From Desulfobacterales bacterium (GTDB lineage: Bacteria; Desulfobacterota; Desulfobacteria; Desulfobacterales; JAUYIZ01), in NCBI GenBank assembly GCA_030688615.1, contig JAUYIZ010000069.1, positions 1,230 to 65,229 of the forward strand: 64,000 nt of DNA, written 5' to 3'. Shown here one piece after another: positions 61,735-64,000 of this stretch. The translations under genes were made by a program, and so were the position numbers. The notes beneath the pieces were generated by a model. It did no database searches and had not been told where the DNA came from. It saw only the letters and a program-made list of their open reading frames with translations. Positions within the stretch are counted from its first letter, which is position 1; every line of letters begins with the position of its first letter.

Positions 61735-64000
61735 ATGCAGGATGACTGGCAATTCAGCACCGTTCATAACAGCGCCTGCAAGGTCATCGAAGAACAGACC
61801 TTGTGGGGGCAAACGGTTTGCCGTGTCTGGCTGCCGAACCAGGACACGGTGGTACGCGTGTCCCGCTCCGCCTTGCGACCGTTTAATACCGACCTGCAAC
61901 CGGAAATTGAGGCTGGACGGATTTCCTATGTGGCGGCTGCAGCCAAGGTGGCCGAAGTGCTCGAAGGTTCCACCCGCGCCAGTGACGGTCATGTGCTGCT
62001 AGCGCCCATGGAGTCCAATGTCATCCCGTTGCCGCATCAGATTCATGCGTTGTCTCGAGCGATCTCCGGTGATCGCGTGCGTTATCTACTGGCCGACGAG
62101 GTTGGTCTAGGTAAAACCATCGAGGCCGGTCTGGTCATGCGCGAACTCAAGCTACGCGGGTTGGTGCGCCGGACATTGGTTGTCTCACCGAAAGGTATCG
62201 CTACCCAGTGGGTTGCAGAAATGCATACCCACTTCAATGAACAGTTCCAGCTCGTTTTGGGTGACGATATCAGCACACTGCAACGCCTGACTCAAGGGGT
62301 TAATCACAGGAGCTCGGCCTGGTCGATGTTCGATCAGGTCATCGTTACTCTCGATTCAGTTAAGCCTATGGACAAGCGGCGCGGATGGACTGCGGAACGC
62401 GTTGCCGAATACAATCACAGTCGGTTTGAAGATCTGATTACCGCCGGTTGGGATCTGGTAGTGGTGGACGAAGCGCACCGTCTGGGCGGCAACACGGATC
62501 AAGTGGCCCGCTATAAACTCGGGAAAGGGCTGGCAGCGGCCGCGCCCTATGTGTTACTGCTTTCGGCCACGCCCCACCAGGGTAAAACCGATGCCTTCCA
62601 TCGTTTGATGAATCTGCTGGATGAGGATACATTTCCGGATGTCGAGAGTGTCTCCCGCGACCGGGTGGCCCCGTATGTCATCCGCACAGAAAAGCGCAAG
62701 GCCGTCGATATTGATGGCAAGCCGCTCTTTAAGTCCCGCCGCACGCAGATGGTGCCGGTGGCCTGGGAGAGTCGTCATCACCTGCAGCAGCTCCTTTATG
62801 AGGCTGTGACGGACTACGTGCGCGAGGGCTACAACCAGGCCCTGCGGGAGAAAAAGCGTCACATCGGTTTTCTGATGATCCTGATGCAGCGTCTGGTAGT
62901 CTCCAGCACCCGGGCGATCCACACCACACTTGAGCGACGGCTGGCGGTACTCAAGGATGGTGAGCAGCAAGCCAGTCTGCGCCTGGCGGCACTTGATAAC
63001 GACGGAGATAGCACGGAGAACTTCGATGAGTTGTACGATATGGATGGCCAAGAGCTTCTCGATGAGTTGCTGAAATCCCATGTGTCGGCACTGCAGAACG
63101 AAGGCAGCCATGTGGAGACTCTGCTTGAGGCAGCGGTCCGTTGCGAACAGACAGGACCGGACGCAAAGGCCGAGACGCTGATTGAATGGATTTATCAATT
63201 GCAGGCCGCGGAAAACGAGCCGGATCTGAAGGTGTTGATTTTTACTGAGTTTGTGCCGACCCAAGAGATGCTCAAGGAGTTTCTTGAAACGCGCGGCATA
63301 TCAGTTGCCACCCTGAACGGCTCCATGGATATGAAGAAACGCAAGCAGGCCCAAGATGCTTTTCGCAAGACACACCGTGCGCTCGTTTCAACCGACGCGG
63401 GCGGCGAAGGCTTGAACCTGCAGTTTGCCCACGTTATCATCAACTACGATATCCCCTGGAACCCGATGCGGCTGGAACAGCGGATTGGCCGCGTGGATCG
63501 TATCGGCCAGCCCAAGACGGTGCGGGCAATCAATTTCGTTTTTGAGGATTCGGTCGAGTTCCGCGTCCGTGAAGTGCTGGAGAAGAAGCTATTGGTGATC
63601 TTTAACGAGTTCGGTATCGACAAGACTGGTGACGTGCTCGACTCCGCCCAGGCTGGTGAATTGTTCGAGGGTGTATTCGCCTCTGCGATCCTGAATCCTG
63701 ATGGTATCGAGACATCTGTCGATCACATGGTAACCCGGATTCGGGATGAGATTCAACAGGCGCGCGAGTCGTCGGCCATCTATGGTATCTCCGAAGAACC
63801 GGATGTGCAGACCGCTGAACGTCTACGCTCTCATCCGCTGCCTCATTGGGTGGAGCAGATGACGGTAGGTTATCTCAACTCCCATGGTGGTGTGGCCAAC
63901 CGCAAGCGTTCCTGGTGGGAACTGCATTGGCCTGATGGTCAGGAATATCGCAAAGCTGTGTTCAACGCTCGGGAGGCGGATCGGCTGATCGATGCCACGT
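61735..64000 (+). CDS. SNF2/RapA-like superfamily-2 helicase (BrxHII-like), 3' end beyond window
   Basis: Hand translation is open from ATG 61735 to the window end. Motif I LLADEVGLGKTIEA, motif II VVVDEAHRLGG, LLLSATPHQGK, STDAGGEGLNLQ, and motif VI QRIGRVDRIGQ. It is absent from the ORF track because no stop occurs in the window. Confidence 0.8.
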   Translation, partial: MQDDWQFSTVHNSACKVIEEQTLWGQTVCRVWLPNQDTVVRVSRSALRPFNTDLQPEIEAGRISYVAAAAKVAEVLEGSTRASDGHVLLAPMESNVIPLPHQIHALSRAISGDRVRYLLADEVGLGKTIEAGLVMRELKLRGLVRRTLVVSPKGIATQWVAEMHTHFNEQFQLVLGDDISTLQRLTQGVNHRSSAWSMFDQVIVTLDSVKPMDKRRGWTAERVAEYNHSRFEDLITAGWDLVVVDEAHRLGGNTDQVARYKLGKGLAAAAPYVLLLSATPHQGKTDAFHRLMNLLDEDTFPDVESVSRDRVAPYVIRTEKRKAVDIDGKPLFKSRRTQMVPVAWESRHHLQQLLYEAVTDYVREGYNQALREKKRHIGFLMILMQRLVVSSTRAIHTTLERRLAVLKDGEQQASLRLAALDNDGDSTENFDELYDMDGQELLDELLKSHVSALQNEGSHVETLLEAAVRCEQTGPDAKAETLIEWIYQLQAAENEPDLKVLIFTEFVPTQEMLKEFLETRGISVATLNGSMDMKKRKQAQDAFRKTHRALVSTDAGGEGLNLQFAHVIINYDIPWNPMRLEQRIGRVDRIGQPKTVRAINFVFEDSVEFRVREVLEKKLLVIFNEFGIDKTGDVLDSAQAGELFEGVFASAILNPDGIETSVDHMVTRIRDEIQQARESSAIYGISEEPDVQTAERLRSHPLPHWVEQMTVGYLNSHGGVANRKRSWWELHWPDGQEYRKAVFNAREADRLIDAT

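Noticed and set aside
62554-63264. 236-aa minus-strand ORF, and several 60-100-aa ORFs, between 61700 and 63450
   Set aside because: The plus-strand frame from 61735 is open to the window end and carries all SF2/SNF2 helicase motifs. The track omitted that frame only because it has no stop. The listed ORFs are antisense or off-frame artefacts of a GC-rich gene.
1-64000. CRISPR arrays, rRNA genes, prophage structural genes
   Set aside because: I saw no regularly spaced 25-40-nt repeats, no rRNA-like conserved stretches, and no capsid, tail or terminase-like translations in the ORF track.

Overview
The window is 64 kb and almost entirely plus-strand coding; the only minus-strand coding remnant is an IS256 transposase fragment. 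All family calls come from reading motifs in the supplied translations, with no database search, so treat them as hypotheses graded by confidence.

(1) 1-36 kb is a chromosome-like anaerobic/N-oxide respiration region.
- It opens with a KAS-ACP-acyltransferase-PPTase lipid module, followed by hemolysin-III.
- Two radical-SAM genes are translationally coupled to an NnrS-like membrane protein.
- An IS3-family relic follows.
- Then comes a periplasmic (Tat-dependent) NXR/NAR-type molybdoenzyme operon. It has a dihaem-c/EB_dh gamma-like subunit, an NxrA-like alpha, a small unknown ORF, an NxrB-like beta and a TorD-like chaperone. FNR/cNMP regulators, an outer-membrane porin, two TatA paralogs, a ferredoxin, a cupredoxin-like protein, hemerythrins, a radical-SAM/SPASM protein and a pentapeptide-repeat protein flank it.
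- A second molybdoenzyme module follows: a NarI-like membrane protein, a NasA/NarB-like catalytic subunit, a 4-cluster FeS subunit and a Tat-signal Rieske protein. It sits behind a candidate Moco riboswitch and a moaA 5' remnant.
- The region ends with a full Moco biosynthesis cluster (moaA, moaC-moaB fusion, moeA, moaD, moaE, mobA).

(2) 36-42.2 kb is a mobile-element graveyard. It holds a serine-recombinase fragment, an IS256 fragment, a frameshifted histidine phosphatase, a GC-rich comEC fragment, an apparently intact IS3-family element with an A7G frameshift site, and a tyrosine-integrase 3' remnant.

(3) 42.2-64 kb is a defence island.
- A LexA-family repressor is co-operonic with a type II CBASS (capV, CD-NTase, fused Cap2-Cap3).
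- A tRNA 3'-end fragment follows.
- Next is an HTH / cytoplasmic trypsin-like protease / HTH trio.
- Last is a tightly packed BREX type 3-like operon (brxF, brxC-like, methyltransferase, SNF2 helicase running off the window). It carries three extra genes: a GHKL ATPase with a PD-(D/E)xK-like C-terminus, and an ABC/OLD-type ATPase paired with a 350-aa protein of unknown family.

I regard these three extra genes as the best candidates for undescribed biology. No rRNA, intact tRNA or CRISPR array was seen.
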